This document shows, piece by piece, positions 18,332 through 27,223 of a stretch of DNA of 30,566 nucleotides. Every line of letters begins with the position of its first letter. Positions within the stretch are counted from its first letter, which is position 1. The stretch comes from a virus (Duplodnaviria > Caudoviricetes). The DNA is taken from IMG/VR virus record IMGVR_UViG_3300030095_003983, positions 1 through 30,566 of that record. The stretch is one strand, 5' to 3'. Both the position numbers and the translations under genes were made by a program. The notes under the pieces were generated by a model. The model was not told the origin of the DNA and ran no database searches. It was given only the letters and a program-made list of their open reading frames with translations.

Positions 18332-19102
18332 ATGGCTGAAAGTCAGTATGGTTTTCCTACTGAAGTTCTATCTTTACCATCAAACGGATTAATATATCCG
18401 GAAGATAGTCCTTTGCGTAGTGGAACAATAGATGTCAAATATATGACAGCAAAAGAGGAAGATATCTTAACTTCCACAAATCTAATAGAACAAGGAGTTG
18501 TAATTACGAGATTATTAGAAAGTGTAATTGCTAATTCAAAAGTTAAATTAGATGATATGTTAATCGGTGATAAAAACGCAATAATGGTTGGGACAAGAAT
18601 ATTAGGATATGGTGCAAACTATGAAATATCATTAGTTGACCCAGACACAAATGAAAGAGTAGAACACACCGTAGATTTATCTAAACTAAATAATAAAAAA
18701 ATAGATGAAAAACTATTTGAGAATGGAAACAACTTTGAATTTGAATTACCAAATTCAAAAAGAATTGTTGGTTTCAAATTACTAACTCACGGAGATGAAA
18801 GTGAAATAGAAAATACTCTTAAAGAGTTTGAAAAGGTTGAGAAACTTACAGGAGTATCTTATTCATTAACCACGAGATTAAAGCATCAAATCGTATCTAT
18901 TGATGGTAATACGGACCAAAAAGAAATTGACAAATTTGTCGATAATGAATTCTTAGCACTTGATACAAGAGCGTATAGAAAACACTTAGATGAAATCACA
19001 CCAGACATTGAGTTGAAGTTTGACTACACGAGTCAAACAGGGAATCTACACAGATTAGATGTCCCACTCGGGATTGACTTTTTTTGGCCAGCCGCCGAGT
19101 AA
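18332..19102 (+). CDS. tail/baseplate assembly chaperone (T4 gp26-like)
   Basis: LPSNG..Y, MTAKEEDIL, GDKNAIM..RILGYG, C-terminal DFFWP; between tube and tape measure. Confidence 0.8.
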   Translation: MAESQYGFPTEVLSLPSNGLIYPEDSPLRSGTIDVKYMTAKEEDILTSTNLIEQGVVITRLLESVIANSKVKLDDMLIGDKNAIMVGTRILGYGANYEISLVDPDTNERVEHTVDLSKLNNKKIDEKLFENGNNFEFELPNSKRIVGFKLLTHGDESEIENTLKEFEKVEKLTGVSYSLTTRLKHQIVSIDGNTDQKEIDKFVDNEFLALDTRAYRKHLDEITPDIELKFDYTSQTGNLHRLDVPLGIDFFWPAAE

Positions 19103-19310
19103 CAGGGCGGCCATTCACGAAGAACTCTTTAACATTGCCTATTATGGTAATGGATTCAACCACAATGAACTCTACAATATGCCAGTTCCTTTAAGACGAT
19201 TCTATGCGGAAAAACTCATAGCGGCGAAAGAAAAAGAAGCTGAACAAATCAAAAGCGCAAGTGAAAAGAATGATTCACAAATTCCAAGACCCACATTCCA
19301 AAAATCTTAA
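19080..19310 (+). CDS. overlapping chaperone extension (gp51/GT-like), probably reached by frameshift
   Basis: +1 frame ORF (FFGQPPSNRAAIHEELF...YNMPVPLRRFY) overlapping at GAC TTT TTT TGG; the ATG at 19059 lacks an SD. Confidence 0.65.
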   Translation, partial: FFGQPPSNRAAIHEELFNIAYYGNGFNHNELYNMPVPLRRFYAEKLIAAKEKEAEQIKSASEKNDSQIPRPTFQKS

Positions 19311-19316
19311 AACTTG

Positions 19317-19324
19317 ATATTTAT
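19317..19324 (+). promoter_or_regulatory. putative late promoter core ATATTTAT
   Basis: Recurring octamer in a 29-nt spacer. Confidence 0.55.
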
Positions 19325-19339
19325 TAGTAGGAAAAAACT

Positions 19340-19582
19340 ATGAATAGAAAATACATTAAAGAAAACAAAAAGTTAGTAAAAGAGTTTATAGGAACTTTAG
19401 TAAAAGCTATACTCAGTAAACAAGCTGATTCTATCGTAAAGAAGATTGCTAATGACCCAGCAACAAAGGGTGATGTAAAGCAAATTAGAAAACTTACAAA
19501 AGATATAGAAAATAAGCTTGACAAAATGCAAAAGACTAATCCAGATTTTGCTAAAAAATTCAGACAGAAATACGGTTATTAA
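19340..19582 (+). CDS. hypothetical basic protein
   Basis: 80-aa Lys-rich ORF with AGGA SD. Confidence 0.65.
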   Translation: MNRKYIKENKKLVKEFIGTLVKAILSKQADSIVKKIANDPATKGDVKQIRKLTKDIENKLDKMQKTNPDFAKKFRQKYGY

Positions 19583-19605
19583 AGTAAACACCTTACAGGA
19601 ATAAA

Positions 19606-21144
19606 ATGGCATCAACACAAGTTAAAGAACAGCAGTTCCTTAATGATTTAAGAAAAGAGGAAAAAGACCTTTTAGGTCAGTCACACGACCTAAGTCAACA
19701 AATGCTCAAAACATCTTTTGAGATAAACAAGCTGCACAAAGATGATGAAGAACTTCAAAGAAGAATCACACAATCCACAGGTGAAGAACGAGAATTTTAT
19801 GTTAAGAAAAGAAAAGAAGTTCTTGCTACTATTGATGCGAAAAGAGTAGAACAAGACCAATCTCGTGATATGGTGGAACTCGTTGAAATGGAATATAAAA
19901 AACGAGTATTATTAAACAAAGTATTAGCTAAAAATGGTGAACAGGTCCAAGGTTTTCTCGATAAGACAAAAAATATCGGTGATAGTATTGAGGGAGCGTT
20001 TAAGAAAATTCCATTTTTTGGTGACTTTCTTATTGATAAAATAGGAATAAAAGATTTTGGAGACCAACTACAAGGAACTATGTTAAAAGGTCTTCAACGA
20101 GGACTTGCACAAGGACAAGGTTTTACCGGTAGTATGAAAAGAGGTTTGAAAGGAGTATCTTTTCAACTAAAAGCAGTTGGGAGGGCACTAACAACAGCTC
20201 TTGGTCCAGTCGGAATGATTATAGCAGGATTTACTGCTCTATTTATGATTGTTAGAAATGTAAGAAGTATGCAAAGAAAATTTGCAGGTGAAGTTGGAAT
20301 TTCAAGAGACCAAGTCGGACTACTTGCAGTAAAGACCAAAGCGGTAGAGGCAGGATTTAATGCTATTGGACTTGACGGAAGTAAAATAAAAGATACTTTA
20401 AAAGAAATCGGTAGTGAATTTGGTTCATTGGAAAATATGACCGTAGCAAATGCAGCTAACATTGAAAAATTTGCACAAAACGCAGGTGTGTCCAGTAGTA
20501 ATGTTGTTAAACTGAATAAAGTATTTATGGATTTAGAGGGTTTGTCATTTGACGCAGCAACCAACATCTCTAAATCAGCAACTGAGTTAGCAAAAGCAGC
20601 CGGAGTATCAACTGCGAAAGTAATCGGTGATATGTCAAGTGCAGCATCACAATTTGCAAAGTTTTCAACTACGGGTGCAGAAGGTATGGCAAAAGCAGCC
20701 GTTGAGGCAGCAAAAGTTGGAGCAAGTTTATCCGGTATATTAGATTCGGTAGATAATTTAATAAGTTTTGAAGATAGTATTACAAAACAATTTGAAGCAC
20801 AAGTCTTAACTGGTAGACAAATCAATACTGAAAAAGCAAGACAATTAGCACTTGACGGGGATATTGCAGGACTAACATCAGAAATACAATCTATTGTTGG
20901 TGGTGTAGGAGATATACAAAGTCTAAATGTTATACAAAGAAAATCAGTAGCAGACGCAATCGGTATATCGGTTGGTGATTTATTAAAGATTTCTCGTGGA
21001 GAACAAGTAGCACAACAAGAAACCGTGCAAGATAAACTTACCACAACAAACAAATTATTAGCGGCACAAGACGGAGATAGAAAAGCTATCTTAGAAGCTA
21101 CTCTTGATAATAAGAATATAAATATGAACGAAAGTGTAATTTAA
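19606..21144 (+). CDS. tape measure protein
   Basis: Helical Ala/Gly-rich protein with a hydrophobic segment; FEDSITKQFEAQVLTGRQINTEKARQLAL motif; position after tube and chaperone. Confidence 0.75.
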   Translation: MASTQVKEQQFLNDLRKEEKDLLGQSHDLSQQMLKTSFEINKLHKDDEELQRRITQSTGEEREFYVKKRKEVLATIDAKRVEQDQSRDMVELVEMEYKKRVLLNKVLAKNGEQVQGFLDKTKNIGDSIEGAFKKIPFFGDFLIDKIGIKDFGDQLQGTMLKGLQRGLAQGQGFTGSMKRGLKGVSFQLKAVGRALTTALGPVGMIIAGFTALFMIVRNVRSMQRKFAGEVGISRDQVGLLAVKTKAVEAGFNAIGLDGSKIKDTLKEIGSEFGSLENMTVANAANIEKFAQNAGVSSSNVVKLNKVFMDLEGLSFDAATNISKSATELAKAAGVSTAKVIGDMSSAASQFAKFSTTGAEGMAKAAVEAAKVGASLSGILDSVDNLISFEDSITKQFEAQVLTGRQINTEKARQLALDGDIAGLTSEIQSIVGGVGDIQSLNVIQRKSVADAIGISVGDLLKISRGEQVAQQETVQDKLTTTNKLLAAQDGDRKAILEATLDNKNINMNESVI

Positions 21145-22346
21145 TGATAGAAATTAATCCAAGAAAATTAGTTCGTAATGTAAGTAAAAACGGAGAATTT
21201 ATATTTCGTGGTGGATTAGCACTACAAGCAGAACTTGGTGCTCAAAACGTTAGACAATTCGGTAGATTTTTAACAACACCACGAGGAGCAAGATTTATAG
21301 CACAACAAGCATTACTACAATCTCAAAATCCCGATAGACGAAAAAATATTATTACGAAAATAGGTGATGATGAAGTCAGAACACAAACAACTGACCAAAA
21401 TTCAAGACTATATAATCCAGGAGCACCAATATTAGCAAAAGCTTTATCACAAGAGTTCACATCTCAGAAACCAAAACGACATATTGATTTAAGTAGGTTT
21501 GGGGACCCAGTAGAAAGTAGAACAGAAAATGCAGTTAGATTTTTTGATAAAGATACAGGTATAGGTGGTTCATTACAAGTTCGTTATGGTGGAGAACGAA
21601 ATGAATTGAGAAGCTTTCCAGATAGAATCAATGATTTCGGTCAAGCAGAAACAAAAGATTTTATAAAATTCAGAATTAGAGATGCGGTAAACGGAAGATA
21701 CATTATCTTTCCTGCACTATTGTCAGGAGCGATATCAGATAATTCATCACAAGCACCAGGTGAAATACAATACATAGGTAGACCAGATAAAATATATGTT
21801 TATGGAGGTTATTCAAGAACAATAAGTTTTTCAGTAAACATTGTAGCACTTGACGAAACAGATATACCAATTATATGGCAAAAGGTAAATGCAGCTAAAG
21901 GATTAGTATTACCACAATACAGAGAGTTTTTTGCTAAAACGGAAAAAGGTGTAACTGATAGAACAAGACCAGTAGCACCATTGTGTAATTTAACATTAGG
22001 TGATTTATTCAATGACGCTCCAGGATTCTTTACTTCGGTTAATATGTCGATACCAGAAAGTGCAACTTGGGAATTATCAGACGGACAACAAGTTCCACAT
22101 ATTTGTTCATTGGCATTTGAATTTACATACCTTGGTAAAGAAAATCCTACAATGACTTCAAATCACTTTGATGAGATATCTAAAAAATTCCCAATATTAA
22201 ATGACCCGAAGGTTTCAAAGGATAATCAGAAAAAGGAATCAGAACAACAAGCAGAACAAAAGTCAAAACGACAACAAAGACAAGAAAGAAGACAAGCCAG
22301 AAGACAGCGTAGACAAGAGAGAAGAGCTGCAAGGAGAGCGCAATGA
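21144..22346 (+). CDS. baseplate/tail tube initiator-like protein with Arg-rich C-terminal tail
   Basis: DFIKFRI...ISDN...YIGRPDKIYVYGGYSRTISFS...LTLGD...PGF tube-fold-like motifs; synteny. Confidence 0.6.
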   Translation: MIEINPRKLVRNVSKNGEFIFRGGLALQAELGAQNVRQFGRFLTTPRGARFIAQQALLQSQNPDRRKNIITKIGDDEVRTQTTDQNSRLYNPGAPILAKALSQEFTSQKPKRHIDLSRFGDPVESRTENAVRFFDKDTGIGGSLQVRYGGERNELRSFPDRINDFGQAETKDFIKFRIRDAVNGRYIIFPALLSGAISDNSSQAPGEIQYIGRPDKIYVYGGYSRTISFSVNIVALDETDIPIIWQKVNAAKGLVLPQYREFFAKTEKGVTDRTRPVAPLCNLTLGDLFNDAPGFFTSVNMSIPESATWELSDGQQVPHICSLAFEFTYLGKENPTMTSNHFDEISKKFPILNDPKVSKDNQKKESEQQAEQKSKRQQRQERRQARRQRRQERRAARRAQ

Positions 22347-22633
22347 GATACAATAAATCAAGATTATTCAAAGGTGATAATGGAAAACAATATTTAAATC
22401 GTATTGAGTATCCCGTAATTCCTATTCGTGATTCAGATATTTTTATTCGTGGTATTTTCGGTCAAACCTTTATGAACTTAGCAAATCAATATTATGGTGA
22501 CAAAGACTTATGGTGGATAATAGCTAGAGCAAACAATCAAGCAGAATCAATCTATATGATTCCAGGTAAAGAATATCGTATTCCACAAGATACTGGATTA
22601 ATATTTCAAGAATTTAATGAACTGAACTCATAA
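22343..22633 (+). CDS. LysM-like baseplate wedge protein (gp53/tail X-like)
   Basis: LANQYYGDKDLWWIIARAN...G..YRIP signature. Confidence 0.75.
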   Translation: MRYNKSRLFKGDNGKQYLNRIEYPVIPIRDSDIFIRGIFGQTFMNLANQYYGDKDLWWIIARANNQAESIYMIPGKEYRIPQDTGLIFQEFNELNS

Positions 22634-25600
22634 TGTTTGATAGAACTCAGATAGACCCAAGAGTCCAAAAACAATTGTTTAGGAAAATAGATTCAATCAA
22701 CAGGCGTGAACTTGGTGGTGATGATTCACCATTTTTTGTTGGAAACGCATTAGATGTTTCAACCAAAAACCCTGCGTCAGAACATTTATTTAGAAGTTGT
22801 TTTGCAAAAGTAAGTGTCGCAGTTCCTAATATGGAAACTGATGAGAGTGGAAAATCTACATTAGTTCACCAACCAATCAGTTTATCAAGTTATATGAATG
22901 GTCAAGAAGATGATGAAATACTCGGAACAAAAGACAACGCAAAAAACACACCATTAACATTTTCTCAAGGAGTTAATGAAAACGAAAAAAATAGATTTCG
23001 TGGACACTCCGGTATAACAAAAATATCAGTAGCTCAACAAAAATACTACACATACAAATATACTATTGATTGGACTTGTCCAGACCCAATTTATTTTGAG
23101 AAAGTGTTTGAACCAAACTTTTTAAGACTGGGTTCTTATATGGCAATTGAATTTGGTTGGGGAATAGAAGATAGTGAAATCAAAGATGTAGAACCACTAA
23201 CAATAGAAGAGATGATAAGATTTTTAACACCCAATGAAGAACAACCAGAAAAGGGTGGTGGTCAAGCATTATATGAAAGAAATTTAAAAACAGCTGGTAA
23301 TTATTTTTGTGGTGTTGGTACGGTAATGAAATTTGATTGGAAAATTGGTAGTGATGGAACTTATTCAGGAAACATTGAAGTTATTACACCAGGTATATCA
23401 GCTTTAACTGAAACCACACAAACAACTTCAAACTCAAGTGATTCCATACCAGAAATTAAATTAAAAAATAGTATTGTATTAAAAAGACTTTCAGAAAAAA
23501 TATTAAAAAATGAATCTAAATATGATGTAACAGAAGAAGACCGAGAAAATCTTCGTAGAGCACAACGAGATTCTGGTGAAATAGCAGAACAACTTAAAGT
23601 TAATTCCGCTACATTTAATGTTTGTATGAGAAATTTAGACAAAGTAGCAGATTACTTTTTAGATGATAAGGAAGATGATAGAACTATTACTAAATTTGGA
23701 TATTCTGATTATAGTGATGTTTTTATAAGAGACTCAAATCAAATTGGATTCGGTAAGGAAGTTATGGGACAAGTTGACTATAAATATCAAGATAGACTTT
23801 TAAGGTTAAAAGCTAAAGAAACGGGTGGTGTTAAAGTTAAAGACTCAATGAAAAAAAGATATTTCGCATCGTGGGGTTGGTTTGAAGACAATATATTGAA
23901 TAACTTTTTTGAATTAAAATCCGGTGATATGTTATTACAAACTTTTAGAAGTTCACAAATACAACCTTTCCGAAAAACAAACGCTGGTCAAACACAACTT
24001 AACAGATGTGTTTCAGGTCCACATTTATATTCATTAGGATTAGACTACACTATATTACCTAATCAACATCACCCATTATTAAAAGATGGATTTTCAAAAT
24101 TCAACCCCGACGAGAAAAAACTCATTCCAGATTATTATCCAAGGGAACAACGATACAACTTGGACAGAATCAGATTAGTTTATGAAGTTATAGACAAACA
24201 TTTTCCAGAGTTTTTTGCTGGTTATGATGACGATAGAGTTATCACAAGACCAACAAACCTTGTAGAAAAAAATCCAAAAAGAGAAATATTGCACAAAGGA
24301 GAATATGGTCACATAAGAAATATGGTATTTCCATTAGAAATGTTTCAAAAACATTTTCAAAACACACCATCAACTCGTCAAGGAATTAGAAACTTTTGGG
24401 CAGACGTAAATAATCAATATGGAGGTTATTGGGGATTTCAAATAGGAGCAAGTAATTTAAATCCTAATGTTGTTGGTGTATTTGACTCATATTACTCACC
24501 TAAAAATTTATCATCACAATCAAAGTTATCGTCAGTAGATGATGAAGACGGAATGTTTACATTTTCAATTTATTCAAAAGATTCAATCGTGAAGTCATTT
24601 GATGTAAATTTAAAGTTATCAGCTGAAGCTGCAACCATAGCTCGCTCTGGACATTTTACAAGACCACAATCTGGAACCACTAAAGTAGATGGAAAAAAAG
24701 AATTAGGTATTGAAGCTTGGAATATTTTAAATCGTGATATAGATGAGGAAGAAGTTCAAAATTTAGAAGAATTAAAAGAATTTAGAAAACTTTATAAAAA
24801 ATCACTAAAGAGTATATCATTCAAAGGGGATGACTTACAAACAAATTTTCTTGAAAAAATTAAAAACCTAACCGAAGATGATAAAAAGATTTTTGAAACA
24901 TTAGAAAATAGTAGAACAAAATTTATTCAAGGTGTTGGTGCTTATGATGATAGAGGTAACTTTTCAAGTTACTTTAAATCAATAATGTTACATTTGATTA
25001 ACTTCTCAGATATGAAAGGTAGTGGTTCCAATATTGAACTATCACAACCACAATTACCAATTGAAGTTAGTTTAACATTGGACGGAATCGGTGGACTAAG
25101 TGTTGGTAATTTATTTAAAGTAGATTACTTACCAAAAGTTTATAGAGAGTTTTGTTATTTTATGATAACTAAAGTAGAACATAATGTTGGAACATCAGGT
25201 TGGGAAACAAGTCTTTCAGGTAGAATGATAGCAGACTTACCAACATACTGGCAAAAAAGTGGTAGAAAATTAAATTCAGGATTAGAAAGTTATGAAGATT
25301 TATTTAGACTGACCAATGTTCCTATTGATGCATTTGGACAAGAACAAGAGGTTGGTCAAGCTGAATCAAGTCAATACAACATATATAAAAATACAAAAGA
25401 AAATATTACAACATTTTATAATAAGAGTAAATTACTTCAGAACGGAAATTCTGGTGAGTATGATTCTCAATCAGCTGGTTTAGCAAATAGATTTATAACA
25501 TTTGAAAATGCATACCTTAAACTAAAAGACACTCTTACAGTATTGAACAAAACTAATGATATACAAACAATTGATGCTGATTACATTGAACGAAGAGATG

Positions 25601-25737
25601 AAGTTGAAAATATATTAAGTCAACAGAAAATACCATATACTTTAAAAACACCATTAGACGCTATTCGTACTAAAGAAGCAGATAAAGAAGCAGGGAAAGA
25701 ACTTTTAGAAAAAAGAGGTGGAGCTTTTGGTTATTAG
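22633..25737 (+). CDS. large baseplate hub-like protein
   Basis: 1034 aa; IEFGW, LTLDGIGGL..GNLFKVDYLP..Y....FMITKVEH.V...GWET motifs typical of hub proteins; synteny. Confidence 0.55.
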   Translation: MFDRTQIDPRVQKQLFRKIDSINRRELGGDDSPFFVGNALDVSTKNPASEHLFRSCFAKVSVAVPNMETDESGKSTLVHQPISLSSYMNGQEDDEILGTKDNAKNTPLTFSQGVNENEKNRFRGHSGITKISVAQQKYYTYKYTIDWTCPDPIYFEKVFEPNFLRLGSYMAIEFGWGIEDSEIKDVEPLTIEEMIRFLTPNEEQPEKGGGQALYERNLKTAGNYFCGVGTVMKFDWKIGSDGTYSGNIEVITPGISALTETTQTTSNSSDSIPEIKLKNSIVLKRLSEKILKNESKYDVTEEDRENLRRAQRDSGEIAEQLKVNSATFNVCMRNLDKVADYFLDDKEDDRTITKFGYSDYSDVFIRDSNQIGFGKEVMGQVDYKYQDRLLRLKAKETGGVKVKDSMKKRYFASWGWFEDNILNNFFELKSGDMLLQTFRSSQIQPFRKTNAGQTQLNRCVSGPHLYSLGLDYTILPNQHHPLLKDGFSKFNPDEKKLIPDYYPREQRYNLDRIRLVYEVIDKHFPEFFAGYDDDRVITRPTNLVEKNPKREILHKGEYGHIRNMVFPLEMFQKHFQNTPSTRQGIRNFWADVNNQYGGYWGFQIGASNLNPNVVGVFDSYYSPKNLSSQSKLSSVDDEDGMFTFSIYSKDSIVKSFDVNLKLSAEAATIARSGHFTRPQSGTTKVDGKKELGIEAWNILNRDIDEEEVQNLEELKEFRKLYKKSLKSISFKGDDLQTNFLEKIKNLTEDDKKIFETLENSRTKFIQGVGAYDDRGNFSSYFKSIMLHLINFSDMKGSGSNIELSQPQLPIEVSLTLDGIGGLSVGNLFKVDYLPKVYREFCYFMITKVEHNVGTSGWETSLSGRMIADLPTYWQKSGRKLNSGLESYEDLFRLTNVPIDAFGQEQEVGQAESSQYNIYKNTKENITTFYNKSKLLQNGNSGEYDSQSAGLANRFITFENAYLKLKDTLTVLNKTNDIQTIDADYIERRDEVENILSQQKIPYTLKTPLDAIRTKEADKEAGKELLEKRGGAFGY

Positions 25738-25748
25738 TAAAAAAATTA

Positions 25749-25776
25749 CATTTTGATTATATAAATCAATACTTAT
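25749..25776 (+). promoter_or_regulatory. putative bipartite late promoter CATTTTGA-N12-ATACTTAT
   Basis: Variant of the 14012 element; core ends 5 nt before the polymerase ATG. Confidence 0.5.
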
Positions 25777-25781
25777 AATAA

Positions 25782-27035
25782 ATGGTTATAGTAAATACAG
25801 ATATTCTATTCAACCAACTCAAACAACAAATACAATCAAAACCATTTGTATTAATGCAAATGTATTCAGATGTTCAAAAGCATCCACAAGAAAATCGTAT
25901 AAGTTGTATATGGGTTGATTTTCAAGACGAACAATATATTGTTCCGATTCACCATACTGAAAAGTTTCGTGATATCAATAACTTAATCACAACCAAACAA
26001 ACCATTTATGTAGATGACTTAAAACAATACCGACATAATGCATTAGTAATATCAGATGATATTCGTGATATGAATTGGTCTTGGTATCAACAAACAAATC
26101 AACCATATGATATGGAACAACACTTAACTAATGCACATCATCACTACAATAGATTACATTACGATAAAGAAAACATTAATGATTTGATTCCATTGGTCAA
26201 ACATGCGGAATACTTTGGACCAATATCCAAAGAATTATATAAGTCATACGAACAACACGACCAAACCATATTGGAAAATTTATACCAAATAGAACGCAAT
26301 GGACTAAAGACTTATGAAAAAATCATTTATTCAGAATACAATCCATACACATCAACAGGTCGTCCAAGTAATCGTTTCGGTGGATTAAACTTCGCAGCAC
26401 TAAACAAATCAGACGGAAGTAGAAAACAATTCATCAGTAGGTTTAGCAACGGAGTATTAGTGGAAATGGACTTTGATGCGTATCACTTACGACTAATCGG
26501 TGAGATAGTTGACTATAAGTTTCCAAAAGGTTCAGTCCACGAACATATGGCAGAACTATATGGATTACCTTATGATGAAGCAAAAGCTCTATCATTTAAA
26601 TATTTATACGGGGGTATATCAGATGAGGTGTCGGACAACCCATTTTTCTCAAAAGTAAATGATTATATTAAATTACTTTGGCAAGACTATAAAACTAACA
26701 ATTTTGTTCAGTCTTATATTTATAATAGAAGAATACATAGGAAAAATCTACAAGATATGAATCCTAATAAATTGTTTAATTATATGATACAACTTATGGA
26801 AACGGAAAACAATATCAAGATTTTAAGTAAATTGCAACCTAAATTACAACAATACGAAAGTAAGTTGGTATTGTATAATTATGATTCATTTTTATTTGAC
26901 TTTAATACCAAAGACGGATTAGAGTTTTTAGATATGGTAAAGGAAACAATTGAAAGTGGTGGGAAATATCCGGTTAAAATCAGTAGAGGAGTTAACTATC
27001 ACGAAATGGACGACATAACGGAGAAATTTAAATGA
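25782..27035 (+). CDS. polA: compact family A DNA polymerase
   Basis: TSTGRPSN, motif A EMDFDAYHLRL, motif B AKALSFKYLYG, NYMIQ, motif C YNYDSFLFD. Confidence 0.85.
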   Translation: MVIVNTDILFNQLKQQIQSKPFVLMQMYSDVQKHPQENRISCIWVDFQDEQYIVPIHHTEKFRDINNLITTKQTIYVDDLKQYRHNALVISDDIRDMNWSWYQQTNQPYDMEQHLTNAHHHYNRLHYDKENINDLIPLVKHAEYFGPISKELYKSYEQHDQTILENLYQIERNGLKTYEKIIYSEYNPYTSTGRPSNRFGGLNFAALNKSDGSRKQFISRFSNGVLVEMDFDAYHLRLIGEIVDYKFPKGSVHEHMAELYGLPYDEAKALSFKYLYGGISDEVSDNPFFSKVNDYIKLLWQDYKTNNFVQSYIYNRRIHRKNLQDMNPNKLFNYMIQLMETENNIKILSKLQPKLQQYESKLVLYNYDSFLFDFNTKDGLEFLDMVKETIESGGKYPVKISRGVNYHEMDDITEKFK

Positions 27036-27223
27036 AAGATTTAAAAAAATTATCAAAAATCACTACTCGTTATACCAATAAAGAAGGTATAGCACACCCG
27101 ACAAATCAAAAGCATGATTTTTCAAAACCTACATTAGTTAATTTATCTAAGAAAGAATTAGAGATACTTTATACATCAGGTAGAATTGAAGCTGACGGAA
27201 TAACAATCACATATGAAGACTAA
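27032..27223 (+). CDS. hypothetical protein
   Basis: 63-aa ORF overlapping both neighbours; GGAG upstream. Confidence 0.55.
   Translation: MKDLKKLSKITTRYTNKEGIAHPTNQKHDFSKPTLVNLSKKELEILYTSGRIEADGITITYED

Noticed and set aside
19059-19061. ATG start for the 83-aa overlapping ORF
   Set aside because: No SD; the slippery T7 run and hairpin give a better explanation
20163-21053. 296-aa minus-strand ORF
   Set aside because: Fully antisense to the tape measure gene; codon-bias artefact
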